A stretch of DNA of 64,000 nucleotides from a virus, in the IMG/VR virus record IMGVR_UViG_3300028394_000044, positions 98,300 through 162,299 of that record, one strand, 5' to 3'. Positions 33,970 to 43,029 of the stretch are shown piece by piece; the first letter of the stretch is position 1, and each line of letters opens with the position of its first letter. The position numbers were made by a program, and so were the translations under genes. The notes under the pieces were generated by a model. It made no database searches. It was not told the origin of the DNA and saw nothing but the letters and a program-made list of their open reading frames with translations.

Positions 33970-34335
33970 ATGGCTAAAGTCATTTCACCAGCTAAAATTA
34001 CAAAAATCAAACCCTTTGAAAAAGTTTTGAATGTTTTGTTAACTGGCAAACCCACATCCAGAGAAGAAATTGATGCCTTGGTAGGCAAAGAAATCTATAT
34101 GTATAGAATTTCCAATTATATCTATTGTTGCAAAATATTTGCTGATGCTGTCATTCGTGTGAATAAATCTGGACGAAAAGTTTCAAGCTATCAGCTAATG
34201 AATGTTGATACTGCTAAAAAATATTTGATTATGATGAATGCTCTCTTAGAACAATCAGTTGTTGCTAAACTTACAGACTTGGGCGCCGAACCTGGGGTGG
34301 TCGAAAACTGCTATGCAGAATCGGAAACCGCTTAA
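33970..34335 (+). CDS. Hypothetical protein
   Basis: ORF between a promoter and a terminator. Confidence 0.6.
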   Translation: MAKVISPAKITKIKPFEKVLNVLLTGKPTSREEIDALVGKEIYMYRISNYIYCCKIFADAVIRVNKSGRKVSSYQLMNVDTAKKYLIMMNALLEQSVVAKLTDLGAEPGVVENCYAESETA

Positions 34336-34353
34336 TTTTTAATTCCTTTAATC

Positions 34354-34376
34354 TAGCCTGATTCGTCAGGCTTTTT
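34354..34376 (+). terminator. Rho-independent terminator
   Basis: AGCCTGA-ttcg-TCAGGCT-TTTT. Confidence 0.8.
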
Positions 34377-34381
34377 GTGCT

Positions 34382-34921
34382 ATGAATATTTTTTATCTCG
34401 ACCATGATGTGCAAAAATGTGCAGAAATGCACAACGATAAACATGTTGTTAAAATGATCCTTGAATATGCTCAATTACTTTCTACTGCTCATCGGTATCT
34501 TGATGGTACTGAATCTGTTGGCCTCTCTAAAACTGGTCGAAAACAAACTCGATATGTTCTTCCTGACGGCCGTGAATCTAATTTGTATTTTGCTACTCAT
34601 ATCAACCATCCTTCCTCTGTTTGGGTAAGACAATCGCAAGCTAATTATGTTTGGCTTTATGAATTGTTTGGATGGCTATGTAATGAATACGCCTATCGTT
34701 ATGGTAAACACCATGCAACCATACGATTAGATTCAGAATTAATGATTCCTCCAAAAAATATTCCAATTGGAGAATTTACCGAACCTACTCCTGCAATGCC
34801 CAATGAAGTGAAAATTCCTGGTAATTCTATTGCATCATATCGGAATTACTACATAAACAACAAAGCACATCTTGCAAATTGGAAAAAACGTCCAATTCCA
34901 GAATGGTTTTCGACTAAATAA
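34382..34921 (+). CDS. Pyrimidine-dimer DNA glycosylase-like (DenV family) protein
   Basis: MNIFYLD..DKHVVKMILEYAQLLSTAH..HINHP. Confidence 0.75.
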   Translation: MNIFYLDHDVQKCAEMHNDKHVVKMILEYAQLLSTAHRYLDGTESVGLSKTGRKQTRYVLPDGRESNLYFATHINHPSSVWVRQSQANYVWLYELFGWLCNEYAYRYGKHHATIRLDSELMIPPKNIPIGEFTEPTPAMPNEVKIPGNSIASYRNYYINNKAHLANWKKRPIPEWFSTK

Positions 34922-34929
34922 GAGTATAC

Positions 34930-35247
34930 ATGCCAACATATGATTTTCTCAATAGTGAGACTGGCGAAGTATTTGAAACGTTTATGAAAATTTCAGAACG
35001 TGAAGAATATCTGAAAACCAATTCTCACATTCAACCTGTTATGACTGCACCTGCTATTGTGTCTGGTGTATCCACTTCAACTCAAACCAAAGTACCCACC
35101 GGCTTCCAAGAGGTTCTCTCTAAGGTAGCAGAGGCACATCCAGCAAGCACCGTAGGCGATAGATACGGTAAAAAGTCCATTAAACAAGTCAGAACCGAAC
35201 AGGTTGTTAAGAAGCATGTAGAAAGGGTTACTGGCGTAAAAACTTAA
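34930..35247 (+). CDS. FmdB-like small protein
   Basis: MPTYDF..TGEVFE; typical upstream of phage phoH. Confidence 0.6.
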   Translation: MPTYDFLNSETGEVFETFMKISEREEYLKTNSHIQPVMTAPAIVSGVSTSTQTKVPTGFQEVLSKVAEAHPASTVGDRYGKKSIKQVRTEQVVKKHVERVTGVKT

Positions 35248-35259
35248 TGGAAGTTCCTC

Positions 35260-36015
35260 ATGGCAAGAAAAACTGCAAACACCAAAATTAGAATTGTTGA
35301 TGAAACTGATATCCAAATTCGTCCTACAAACGGATTAAAAATTAGAATAGATGATCTAAAAACTTTTGATCCTTTGACACAAAATCAAAAAATATTTTTT
35401 GATGCGTATAAGAGGGGAGATTATTTTGTAGCATTACATGGTGTTGCTGGCACAGGTAAAACCTTTTGTGCAGTATACAAAGCATTAGAAGAAGTTTTGG
35501 ATAAAAATAATCCGTTCAAAAAAATTATCATTGTTCGTTCCGCTGTTCAATCCCGTGAAATTGGACATTTGCCTGGTGACGTAACAGAAAAAATGGAGAT
35601 TTATCAACAACCTTATATTCAAATTTGCGATACACTTTTCGGAAGAAAAGATGCATATCAAAGACTTGAAGAGCAAGGTTACATAGAATTTATTTCCACG
35701 TCCTTCATTCGCGGTATGAGTTTTGATGATGCTATCATTATTGTTGATGAAATGCAAAATTTGACATTTGAAGAAATTGATACAGTTATGACTCGTGTAG
35801 GTTATCGTTCTAAAATTCTATGGTGTGGTGATTATCGCCAGACTGACCTGAATAAGAAACGTAATGACATGAGTGGTATCTTGAAATTCTTTGATATTGC
35901 CGAAAGAATGGGAGCATTCACTAAAATTGAATTTACTCCTGATGACATTGTGAGAAGTTCTTTGGTGAGAGATTACATTCTTGCCAAACTTGAATATGAA
36001 GATGAGATTAATTGA
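35260..36015 (+). CDS. phoH: PhoH-like ATPase
   Basis: GVAGTGKT, RGMSF, DEMQN, GDYRQTD and DIVRS. Confidence 0.95.
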   Translation: MARKTANTKIRIVDETDIQIRPTNGLKIRIDDLKTFDPLTQNQKIFFDAYKRGDYFVALHGVAGTGKTFCAVYKALEEVLDKNNPFKKIIIVRSAVQSREIGHLPGDVTEKMEIYQQPYIQICDTLFGRKDAYQRLEEQGYIEFISTSFIRGMSFDDAIIIVDEMQNLTFEEIDTVMTRVGYRSKILWCGDYRQTDLNKKRNDMSGILKFFDIAERMGAFTKIEFTPDDIVRSSLVRDYILAKLEYEDEIN

Positions 36016-36683
36016 TGTTCGAATTCGTAAAACTACCCGAGTTAGATTTCGATATGAAAGCCGTGACTACATACTTGGGTAGAGTTTACGTCACACCTTC
36101 TGGATTTAAATATCCTTCTGTAACAACGGTGCTATCACCATACGGAAAGAAGGCTCTATTTGAATGGAGAGAACGTGTGGGTGCGGAAGAAGCTAATCGT
36201 GTGGCTGCCAAGGCATCACGCCGTGGAACTGCATTGCATAAAGTTTGTGAAAAATACTTATTGAATGAAATGTCTAGCACAAAACTTGCTAGTATGCTTC
36301 CAACAACAAAAGAGCTATTCTACAAAATAAAACCACATATTGATACCAGTATTGGTAAAATTTATTCTCTTGAACAAGCATTGTATTCTGATGGTCTACG
36401 TATTGCTGGTCGTGTGGATTGTATTGCTGAATGGAATGGAAAACTATCCATCATCGACTTTAAATCTTCTACCCGACAAAAAGAAAAAAATGGAATAGCC
36501 AACTATTTTATGCAGTGTACAGCATATGCAGTTATGTTTGAAGAGTTGACTGGTAAGCCTATTGAACAAATTGTGGTTTTAATTGGCACAGAAAACGGAC
36601 CAGGTCAGGTGTTCATTGAGGAAAAGACTAAATATTATGAGGAACTGAAGAGATATATCTCAAACCATTACTCAAAGCTATGA
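36012..36683 (+). CDS. PD-(D/E)XK (Cas4-like) exonuclease
   Basis: YPSVTTVL, RGTALH, GRVD..IIDFKS and QCTAY. Confidence 0.88.
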   Translation: MMFEFVKLPELDFDMKAVTTYLGRVYVTPSGFKYPSVTTVLSPYGKKALFEWRERVGAEEANRVAAKASRRGTALHKVCEKYLLNEMSSTKLASMLPTTKELFYKIKPHIDTSIGKIYSLEQALYSDGLRIAGRVDCIAEWNGKLSIIDFKSSTRQKEKNGIANYFMQCTAYAVMFEELTGKPIEQIVVLIGTENGPGQVFIEEKTKYYEELKRYISNHYSKL

Positions 36684-37462
36684 TAGAAAATAAAAAATAT
36701 CGCTCTATCTTTATTTCTGATGTACACCTTGGAACTAAAGATAGTCAAGCAGAAAAGTTAAATAATTTTCTTAAACACAATTCTTGTGATACTTTGTATC
36801 TTATAGGTGACATTATTGATGCATGGCGCATACAGCAAAATAAATGGCGATGGAAACAAAGTCATACCAATGTTGTCCGTAGAGTATTAGGTCATGCTAA
36901 ACGTGGGACAAAAGTTATATACATAGCAGGCAATCATGATGAGTTTTTGAGACCAATGATACCGTATGGTTTTAGTTTTGGTTTAGTAGAAATACACAAT
37001 CAGATAGAACACATAGGTGCTGACGGTAAACACTATCTCGTTGTGCATGGTGACCTATTTGATGGAATTACAAGACTAGCGCCATGGTTAAGTTTTTTAG
37101 GAGACAAAGCATATGATTTCATTTTATCTCTTAATAGCAAATTCAATTGGGTACGCCATCGCATGGGTTTTGGGTACTTTAGTCTTAGCCAATATCTTAA
37201 AAGAAAAGTAAAAAAAGCAGTAGACTTCATTTTTCATTTTGAAAAAAATTTAGCGGCTTATTGTAAGAAGCGTGGATTTGATGGTGTCATTTGTGGTCAT
37301 ATTCATCATGCTGAAATTAAAGAAATTGATGGAGTTGTTTACATGAATGACGGCGATTGGGTAGAGTCCTGCACAGCATTAGTTGAACATCATGATGGTC
37401 GTTGGGAAATCATAACTTGGACTAAAGATAATGACAAAGACAATATTAATAATAACGGATAA
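36680..37462 (+). CDS. plcP: PlcP-type phospholipase C (LpxH-like metallophosphoesterase)
   Basis: RSIFISDVHLG, GDIIDAW, GNHDEFLR, HGDLFD, LGDKAYD, CGHIH and NDGDWVESCTA. Confidence 0.8.
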   Translation: MIENKKYRSIFISDVHLGTKDSQAEKLNNFLKHNSCDTLYLIGDIIDAWRIQQNKWRWKQSHTNVVRRVLGHAKRGTKVIYIAGNHDEFLRPMIPYGFSFGLVEIHNQIEHIGADGKHYLVVHGDLFDGITRLAPWLSFLGDKAYDFILSLNSKFNWVRHRMGFGYFSLSQYLKRKVKKAVDFIFHFEKNLAAYCKKRGFDGVICGHIHHAEIKEIDGVVYMNDGDWVESCTALVEHHDGRWEIITWTKDNDKDNINNNG

Positions 37463-38450
37463 CTTACCGGATCAAATTAATGGTGTGGTCACAACATATC
37501 AAAATATTGAGGCTTGTGCGATTCTGGATGGTTATAAGTTTGTGGTGTTGCATCCCGGGAGGTTCAGCTACATTGATTGCCCTCGCTACAACGAAGTCAA
37601 GATTGCCTATCCCCGGAACTTGGGCAAGAAGATTAAGGAGATCAATCCGGATTATATCCATATCGCCACAGAAGGTCCTTTGGGTTTGTGGGCTAGAAAG
37701 TATTTGTCATTATATAATATTAGGCACAATACCGCTTATCATACTAAGTTTCCTGAAGGGTTAAAAAAGCTGTTTGGCATTCCAGAATTTATAACTTGGA
37801 AATTTGTTAAGTGGTTTCACAAACATAGTGGAAAAGTTTTAACCACAACTGATAGTATGGTTAAGGAATTACAAGCACACGGTTTTGAAGGTGAAGTTGT
37901 TCCTTGGACACGTGGTGTTGACCGTGAAATTTTTAAACCTGACCTTAGAGAAGACACAACTGCTAAGTATCTTTTATGTGTTTCCCGTGTCAGTAAAGAA
38001 AAAAATCTAGAAGCATTTTTTGAGTTAGACTATCCTGGTTATCAAAAAATTATGGTGGGCGATGGTCCTATGCTTGAAACTTATAAGAAGAAATATCCAG
38101 AAGTAACATTTACAGGATTTAAGACAGGTATAAATTTGGCACGATACTATGCAAATGCAGAAGTATTTGTTTTCCCTAGCCGTTGGGAAACATTTGGACT
38201 TGTTATGATAGAAGCAATGGCTTGTGGAACTCCTGTTGCGGCTTATCCTTGTCAAGGACCAGAAGATGTAATTGAACAAGGTGTAACAGGATTTATGCAT
38301 ACAGATTTAAAGATTGCAGTAACGAATGCGCTAAATATGGATCGACAAAAAGTTTTAGAAGGTAGCAAACGCTGGACTTGGGAAGCCGCATGGCAAATAT
38401 TTAAAAATAATCTTGTCTCTGTCACATCACTGTCACACAATTTATCATAA
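37431..38450 (+). CDS. GT4 glycosyltransferase (Agt-like diacylglycerol glycosyltransferase)
   Basis: ILIITD..QINGVV, HIATEGPLG, AYHTKFPE and ETFGLVMIEAMACG; coupled to plcP. Confidence 0.85.
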   Translation: MTKTILIITDNLPDQINGVVTTYQNIEACAILDGYKFVVLHPGRFSYIDCPRYNEVKIAYPRNLGKKIKEINPDYIHIATEGPLGLWARKYLSLYNIRHNTAYHTKFPEGLKKLFGIPEFITWKFVKWFHKHSGKVLTTTDSMVKELQAHGFEGEVVPWTRGVDREIFKPDLREDTTAKYLLCVSRVSKEKNLEAFFELDYPGYQKIMVGDGPMLETYKKKYPEVTFTGFKTGINLARYYANAEVFVFPSRWETFGLVMIEAMACGTPVAAYPCQGPEDVIEQGVTGFMHTDLKIAVTNALNMDRQKVLEGSKRWTWEAAWQIFKNNLVSVTSLSHNLS

Positions 38451-38493
38451 ATAAGTATGTGCCAATTGGCATATAACCCCCAAGGAGTGATTT

Positions 38494-39141
38494 ATGAGAT
38501 TAGAAGACCTAGCCGTAAGATTAGTAGCAGTTGAAGCTAAGTTAGCATCCATAACTGGTACTACAGTTGATACAAACAGTGCCACAAGCATTGAAGAAAT
38601 GGATGCAAGATTGTCGGTTGTTGAGGTGCAAGTTGACCAATTGATTGCTGAGAAAACTGCCAACCATATTGATTCTATTATTATTGCCGCAGCAAATGAT
38701 GCTCCAGTTGACGTTTCCGAAGTTGTTGCTTTGTCCGCAAGTGTTTACAATGAAGAAGCTGCCAGCATCGTTGCTGATGTTGTAATAGCACAAACTGAAG
38801 CAGAAGCAATTGTTAATCCAGAAGTTGCAGATATTGTATCTGCTGCGGTTATGGCAGTTGTTACAGCCGAGCCAGAAGTTGTTTTAGATGCAGTAGCAAT
38901 TACTGCCGCTATTACAGACGCAGTTGCTGAAATGCCAGTGCCATCACCAGAAGTTGCTGAACAAGTAGCTACCGCCATTGCGGAAGTAATTGCTACAGCT
39001 ACAGGTGTTGATACAGTTTCTCCAGAAGTTCAACAACAAGTAGTTGATGCTGTCGCCGCGCCTTCTGATACTGCATTAGATAGTATTGAGAGTCGCCTAG
39101 ATGTTGCTGAGGCGAAGGTTGATTTTTTGTTGGGAAAGTAA
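38494..39141 (+). CDS. Ala/Val-rich acidic protein with repeated RLxxVEA motif
   Basis: AAGGAG RBS; CATAAATA late-like promoter upstream. Confidence 0.7.
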   Translation: MRLEDLAVRLVAVEAKLASITGTTVDTNSATSIEEMDARLSVVEVQVDQLIAEKTANHIDSIIIAAANDAPVDVSEVVALSASVYNEEAASIVADVVIAQTEAEAIVNPEVADIVSAAVMAVVTAEPEVVLDAVAITAAITDAVAEMPVPSPEVAEQVATAIAEVIATATGVDTVSPEVQQQVVDAVAAPSDTALDSIESRLDVAEAKVDFLLGK

Positions 39142-39194
39142 TATCTGGCGTTAAACGCTGGTTCTCAAAACTTTTTTGAATAAAAGAAGGCAAT

Positions 39195-39218
39195 AAAGAG
39201 GTCGCAAGACCTCTTTTT
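39195..39218 (+). terminator. Rho-independent terminator
   Basis: AAAGAGGTC-gcaa-GACCTCTTTTT. Confidence 0.85.
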
Positions 39219-39255
39219 CATTGACAAATTGGTCAAATAAATATATAATGTAAGT

Positions 39256-39601
39256 TATTGCTGTATGAAGCGATGTAAAATAAGTTCAAGACGCGGGGGC
39301 AGTGCCCGCCAGGTCCACCATAAAATACATTGGAGAACATAGGCAGACCTATGGGGTCCTGAGCAAAAACTCAGGAGCGTGGTTTATCGTAAAACGCTAG
39401 TGTATTTTATAATGGGCCTGACACAGGATCGATTGGGCAAAGAGTAACAAAGTGGACAGCACGGGAAAGCAGAACCTGTAGGATTGGGGTAACTCGATCA
39501 TAGAAGCAAAAAAAGTAAATGCAAACGACTCACGTTTCTTGATGGTAGCGTAAGCACCATCGGAGTTTTGCAAGTTGAACTTAGCAACAGAATCAACTTG
39601 C
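39256..39601 (+). ncRNA. ssrA: Circularly permuted (two-piece) tmRNA, tag ANDSRFLMVA
   Basis: Acceptor piece ends CAGGTCC-A-CCA at 39320; coding piece starts GGGCCTG at 39414 (G3:U70); resume codon GCA at 39521; promoter at 39221-39249. Confidence 0.88.
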
Positions 39602-39622
39602 TTTTTTAACCTAGGAGAAAAT

Positions 39623-40066
39623 ATGAAAAAATTAATTATCGCTATTGCAGCATTTACAATTGCATCTTTTGCATCTGCTATTGAAATTGATGTGTCCAAA
39701 GCTCACGATTTTAAAGCAAAGGCCGATGGTGTACGAGTTGAAGCACAAGTTGATGTATTCAAAGTACCGGTAACGGCATCTTATACTACGATTGATAAGA
39801 AATATAATCGTTATGCAGTTGGCGCAGAATATGGTGTTGCTAAAATTGGACCTGTTGCTCTTGCAGTAACCGGTAGTGTTGTTTATCAAGATACATATCT
39901 TTCAACTAGTAAAGATGGATATGGTTTAACCGCTGGCGCAATTGCAACACTTCCGCTTGTAAAAAATATTAGTTTATTCGCAAGCACTGAAGTATTCGCT
40001 GGCCAGAAACGTATTAATGCATTTAATGGTAACACCGGAACTATTGGTCTAACGGCCAAGTTCTAA
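39623..40066 (+). CDS. Outer-membrane beta-barrel protein
   Basis: Signal peptide, alternating beta-strand pattern, C-terminal Phe. Confidence 0.7.
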   Translation: MKKLIIAIAAFTIASFASAIEIDVSKAHDFKAKADGVRVEAQVDVFKVPVTASYTTIDKKYNRYAVGAEYGVAKIGPVALAVTGSVVYQDTYLSTSKDGYGLTAGAIATLPLVKNISLFASTEVFAGQKRINAFNGNTGTIGLTAKF

Positions 40067-40084
40067 TCTTTTGAAGGAACAGTA

Positions 40085-40516
40085 ATGAATCGCTTATTAG
40101 CTTCACTATTTTTATTGAACGTATTGGTAGGTTGCGGCGGAGGTACTTCAACAGACGTATCAACACCACAAGTAGTAAAATTATCAACACAGTCACTTGC
40201 CGACATGCCTGCACCGTTTGTGGTTGGCCCACAACCACAAACACCCACTACGCCTCAGTTTGTTGTTGGACCTAGCGGAACTGTTCCCAGCCAGGTAGTT
40301 GTTGGACCTACACCACCTACTGTGACATTTGTAACAGGACCAGTAGTAGGACCAACGGTTACTATATCTCCGCCTGTAGTAATTGGACCCAGTGTTGTTC
40401 CACAACCTGTGATCAATTACTGCAGGGACGGTTTTATTGTTGGACCATGCACACCTTTGCCTACAACTTGTAGACCGGATGCCGGTGGGTTTGTAACGGG
40501 TCCATGCACACCGTAA
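40085..40516 (+). CDS. Pro-rich lipoprotein with (F/V)VVGP repeats
   Basis: Lipobox LVGC; about 8-9 VxGP repeats. Confidence 0.7.
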   Translation: MNRLLASLFLLNVLVGCGGGTSTDVSTPQVVKLSTQSLADMPAPFVVGPQPQTPTTPQFVVGPSGTVPSQVVVGPTPPTVTFVTGPVVGPTVTISPPVVIGPSVVPQPVINYCRDGFIVGPCTPLPTTCRPDAGGFVTGPCTP

Positions 40517-40591
40517 TAAATTTGACCACAAAGTTCTAATCACATGAGTTTGGTGGTTCTCACAAAACCATCACAGATAAAAAGGAGAAAA

Positions 40592-41146
40592 ATGCGAAGT
40601 AAACTTATACTTCTCAGTTTAGTACTCTCTTCCCTCATAGTAGGTCTTGGTATGGTAAATATTAGTCCACCTAAATTACCGTACAAAATTTCTTATGCCG
40701 ACCTCAATAAAGATAAACAGAAGCAAATTACTTGTTTAGCTGAAAATATTTATTTTGAAGCGGCACATGAGCCATTAGAGGGAAAGAAAGCGGTAGCATT
40801 TGTTACCATTAACCGAGTACAAACAGGCAACTATGCAAATACTATTTGTGAAGTTGTACAACAGAAAACGGGTACAGTATGTCAATTTTCTTGGTACTGT
40901 GTGAAAACAATTGCCGATAAACGCTTGACAATTAGAGACACTTCATTGTATAATAGCATCAGGCAGTTAGCAACAGACATAGTTGTTAATTATGAGTTCA
41001 TGGTAGATGTGACAAACGGTTCAACATATTACCATGCAGATTATGTAAATCCTCATTGGAACTTAAAGAAGATTCACCAGATTGGTCAACATATCTTCTA
41101 CAAGAACCACAAGGATAAAATTGATAAAACTAAGGAATTTATATGA
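40592..41146 (+). CDS. Cell wall hydrolase, SleB/Hydrolase_2 family
   Basis: CLAENIYFEA, AVAFVTINRV, QFSW, YHADY and IGQHIFY; N-terminal TM/signal. Confidence 0.9.
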   Translation: MRSKLILLSLVLSSLIVGLGMVNISPPKLPYKISYADLNKDKQKQITCLAENIYFEAAHEPLEGKKAVAFVTINRVQTGNYANTICEVVQQKTGTVCQFSWYCVKTIADKRLTIRDTSLYNSIRQLATDIVVNYEFMVDVTNGSTYYHADYVNPHWNLKKIHQIGQHIFYKNHKDKIDKTKEFI

Positions 41147-41364
41147 CTAAGAACTATGAAATCGTAACATTGATTATATGTTTATCAGTGATTATTGCGG
41201 GTTTAATTGCCGGCACTTTCATCTACAATATCAATGATAGAAACAACATGGCACAAAATATGGAATCGGCAATCGCAAAAGGTATTGATCCACTTTCAAT
41301 CAAGTGTGCATATGAGACCAATGCCAATCCAGTTTGTATCACCATGGCAGCTTCACGCAAATGA
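41143..41364 (+). CDS. Small membrane-anchored protein
   Basis: N-terminal TM; overlaps the hydrolase stop. Confidence 0.6.
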   Translation: MTKNYEIVTLIICLSVIIAGLIAGTFIYNINDRNNMAQNMESAIAKGIDPLSIKCAYETNANPVCITMAASRK

Positions 41365-42506
41365 GCAAAAATATAGATAGTCTTTTAGCCAGTCTAGGGG
41401 TATCTAGGCCAATTAGAACAATTAGAACGGTTGCTCGCGCAAGCCGTAGATCGAAAAAACAGTTTAAATCTTGGACATACGATTCGAGTGAAATTAATAA
41501 TAAACTTATGAATAACGAAAAAATCTTTATTGGCGCATCCGATTATGGAGATTACATCTTTTCACAATTGATGGACCTCCGTACAACAAATGAAAAATCT
41601 ACATTCAACCGTGAGGTAAAAATGTTGGGAAACAGAAATGTTTGGCAAACATTTATTGAATCTGATTTTCAAGATGAACATCTTATTGAATTTAATGAAT
41701 CGACTGGCATCATCATTACAAATGAAGAAAACTTCATTCGGTATGATGTAAATTCAAATTCTATTACAGCAAGACTTTATGGTGATAAAGAATTTGTAGA
41801 GAAATTTTCCGAATACTTGTTGAATAAATTTGAAGAAGTTAAATCTTATATTGAATGGGTTTATTCAAGTGATGGTAATTCTGTAAATGTTCCTTTGAAC
41901 ACCGAAAGACTTCCTCTGGATGAAATGTATCCATTTTTAGGTACAGAGAAGTTGACCGAATACTATGACCGCTACCTTGCATCAAATGCAAATATTTTAC
42001 TATTGATTGGACCACCAGGAACAGGAAAAACTACTTTTATTCGTGGTTTACTTGCACATAGTAATTCCTCTGCAATGGTTACATATGATGCAGCCATTCT
42101 AGAAAAAGACTACTTATTTGCTCGTTTTATTGAAGATGAAACTGGTGTAATGGTGCTGGAAGACTCTGATAACTTTCTAAAGGCTCGGAGTGATGGTAAT
42201 ACTATGATGCATCGTTTCCTGAACGTTGGAGACGGTTTGGTGACTACTAAAGGAAAAAAACTAATCTTCTCTACAAATCTTCCATCTATTCGTGATGTTG
42301 ATCCTGCATTAATTCGACCTGGTCGTTGTTTTGATGTATTATCGTTTGACCAATTGAATGGTGAACAGGCAACTAAACTAGCCGAAAAACTTGGTGTTTC
42401 ATATGAAACAAAAAATTCAGGCAAGTATAGCATTGCTGAAATTTTCAACAAAAAACTTGATGCCGATAATCCAAGAAAATTCGGTAGCAAAATGGGATTT
42501 ATTTAA
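41361..42506 (+). CDS. AAA family ATPase
   Basis: GPPGTGKT, VLEDSD and STN..DPALIRPGRCFD. Confidence 0.9.
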   Translation: MSKNIDSLLASLGVSRPIRTIRTVARASRRSKKQFKSWTYDSSEINNKLMNNEKIFIGASDYGDYIFSQLMDLRTTNEKSTFNREVKMLGNRNVWQTFIESDFQDEHLIEFNESTGIIITNEENFIRYDVNSNSITARLYGDKEFVEKFSEYLLNKFEEVKSYIEWVYSSDGNSVNVPLNTERLPLDEMYPFLGTEKLTEYYDRYLASNANILLLIGPPGTGKTTFIRGLLAHSNSSAMVTYDAAILEKDYLFARFIEDETGVMVLEDSDNFLKARSDGNTMMHRFLNVGDGLVTTKGKKLIFSTNLPSIRDVDPALIRPGRCFDVLSFDQLNGEQATKLAEKLGVSYETKNSGKYSIAEIFNKKLDADNPRKFGSKMGFI

Positions 42507-42516
42507 GGAGTATATT

Positions 42517-42789
42517 ATGGCTGTGCAACAATTTTCAATCAATCAAATTTCAAATGAAGCTGACCGCAAGAAATTGCTAGATGCTATCAAAGAATGTTCC
42601 AATTCCATGGTCCGCATGGAAGGAGAAAAAGACTTTATTAAAGAAGCTATTAAGGCTGTATGTGAAGACTTGAAATTGCCTAAACGGATTGTGAATCGTT
42701 TAGTGAAAGTTTATCACAAACAAAATTATGATGAAGAAGTGGCAACACATGAACAGTTTGAACAACTGTATGAAACGATTGTTAAGTGA
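42517..42789 (+). CDS. dsbA: T4 DsbA-like dsDNA-binding protein
   Basis: IKECSNSM..VYHKQN; synteny with genes 33, 59 and 32. Confidence 0.75.
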   Translation: MAVQQFSINQISNEADRKKLLDAIKECSNSMVRMEGEKDFIKEAIKAVCEDLKLPKRIVNRLVKVYHKQNYDEEVATHEQFEQLYETIVK

Positions 42790-43010
42790 TGCCAACCAAA
42801 GATGAAATGTATAAGTTTCAGATAGCAATTGAAGACCTTGTTATAGAAACATCTTTCAACTACATGGAAGCTATTTTGGAATATTGTGATAGAACTGGTA
42901 TGGAAATTGAATTAGCTTCTTCTTTGGTAAATAAAGATTTGAAGGCAAAAATTCAAATCAACGCTCAGGAATTGAACATGTTACCAAAAACTACTCGACT
43001 TCCTATTTGA
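42786..43010 (+). CDS. 33: Late transcription co-activator gp33
   Basis: YMEAILEYC..LKAKIQ..LNMLPK. Confidence 0.85.
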   Translation: MMPTKDEMYKFQIAIEDLVIETSFNYMEAILEYCDRTGMEIELASSLVNKDLKAKIQINAQELNMLPKTTRLPI

Positions 43011-43029
43011 TTTGTAATACAATTATATA

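Noticed and set aside
36012-36683. Cas4-like gene as evidence of CRISPR-Cas
   Set aside because: No repeat-spacer array or other cas genes seen; this exonuclease is common in T4-like phages
39397-39699. Minus-strand 100-aa ORF
   Set aside because: Antisense to the tmRNA and the outer-membrane protein gene
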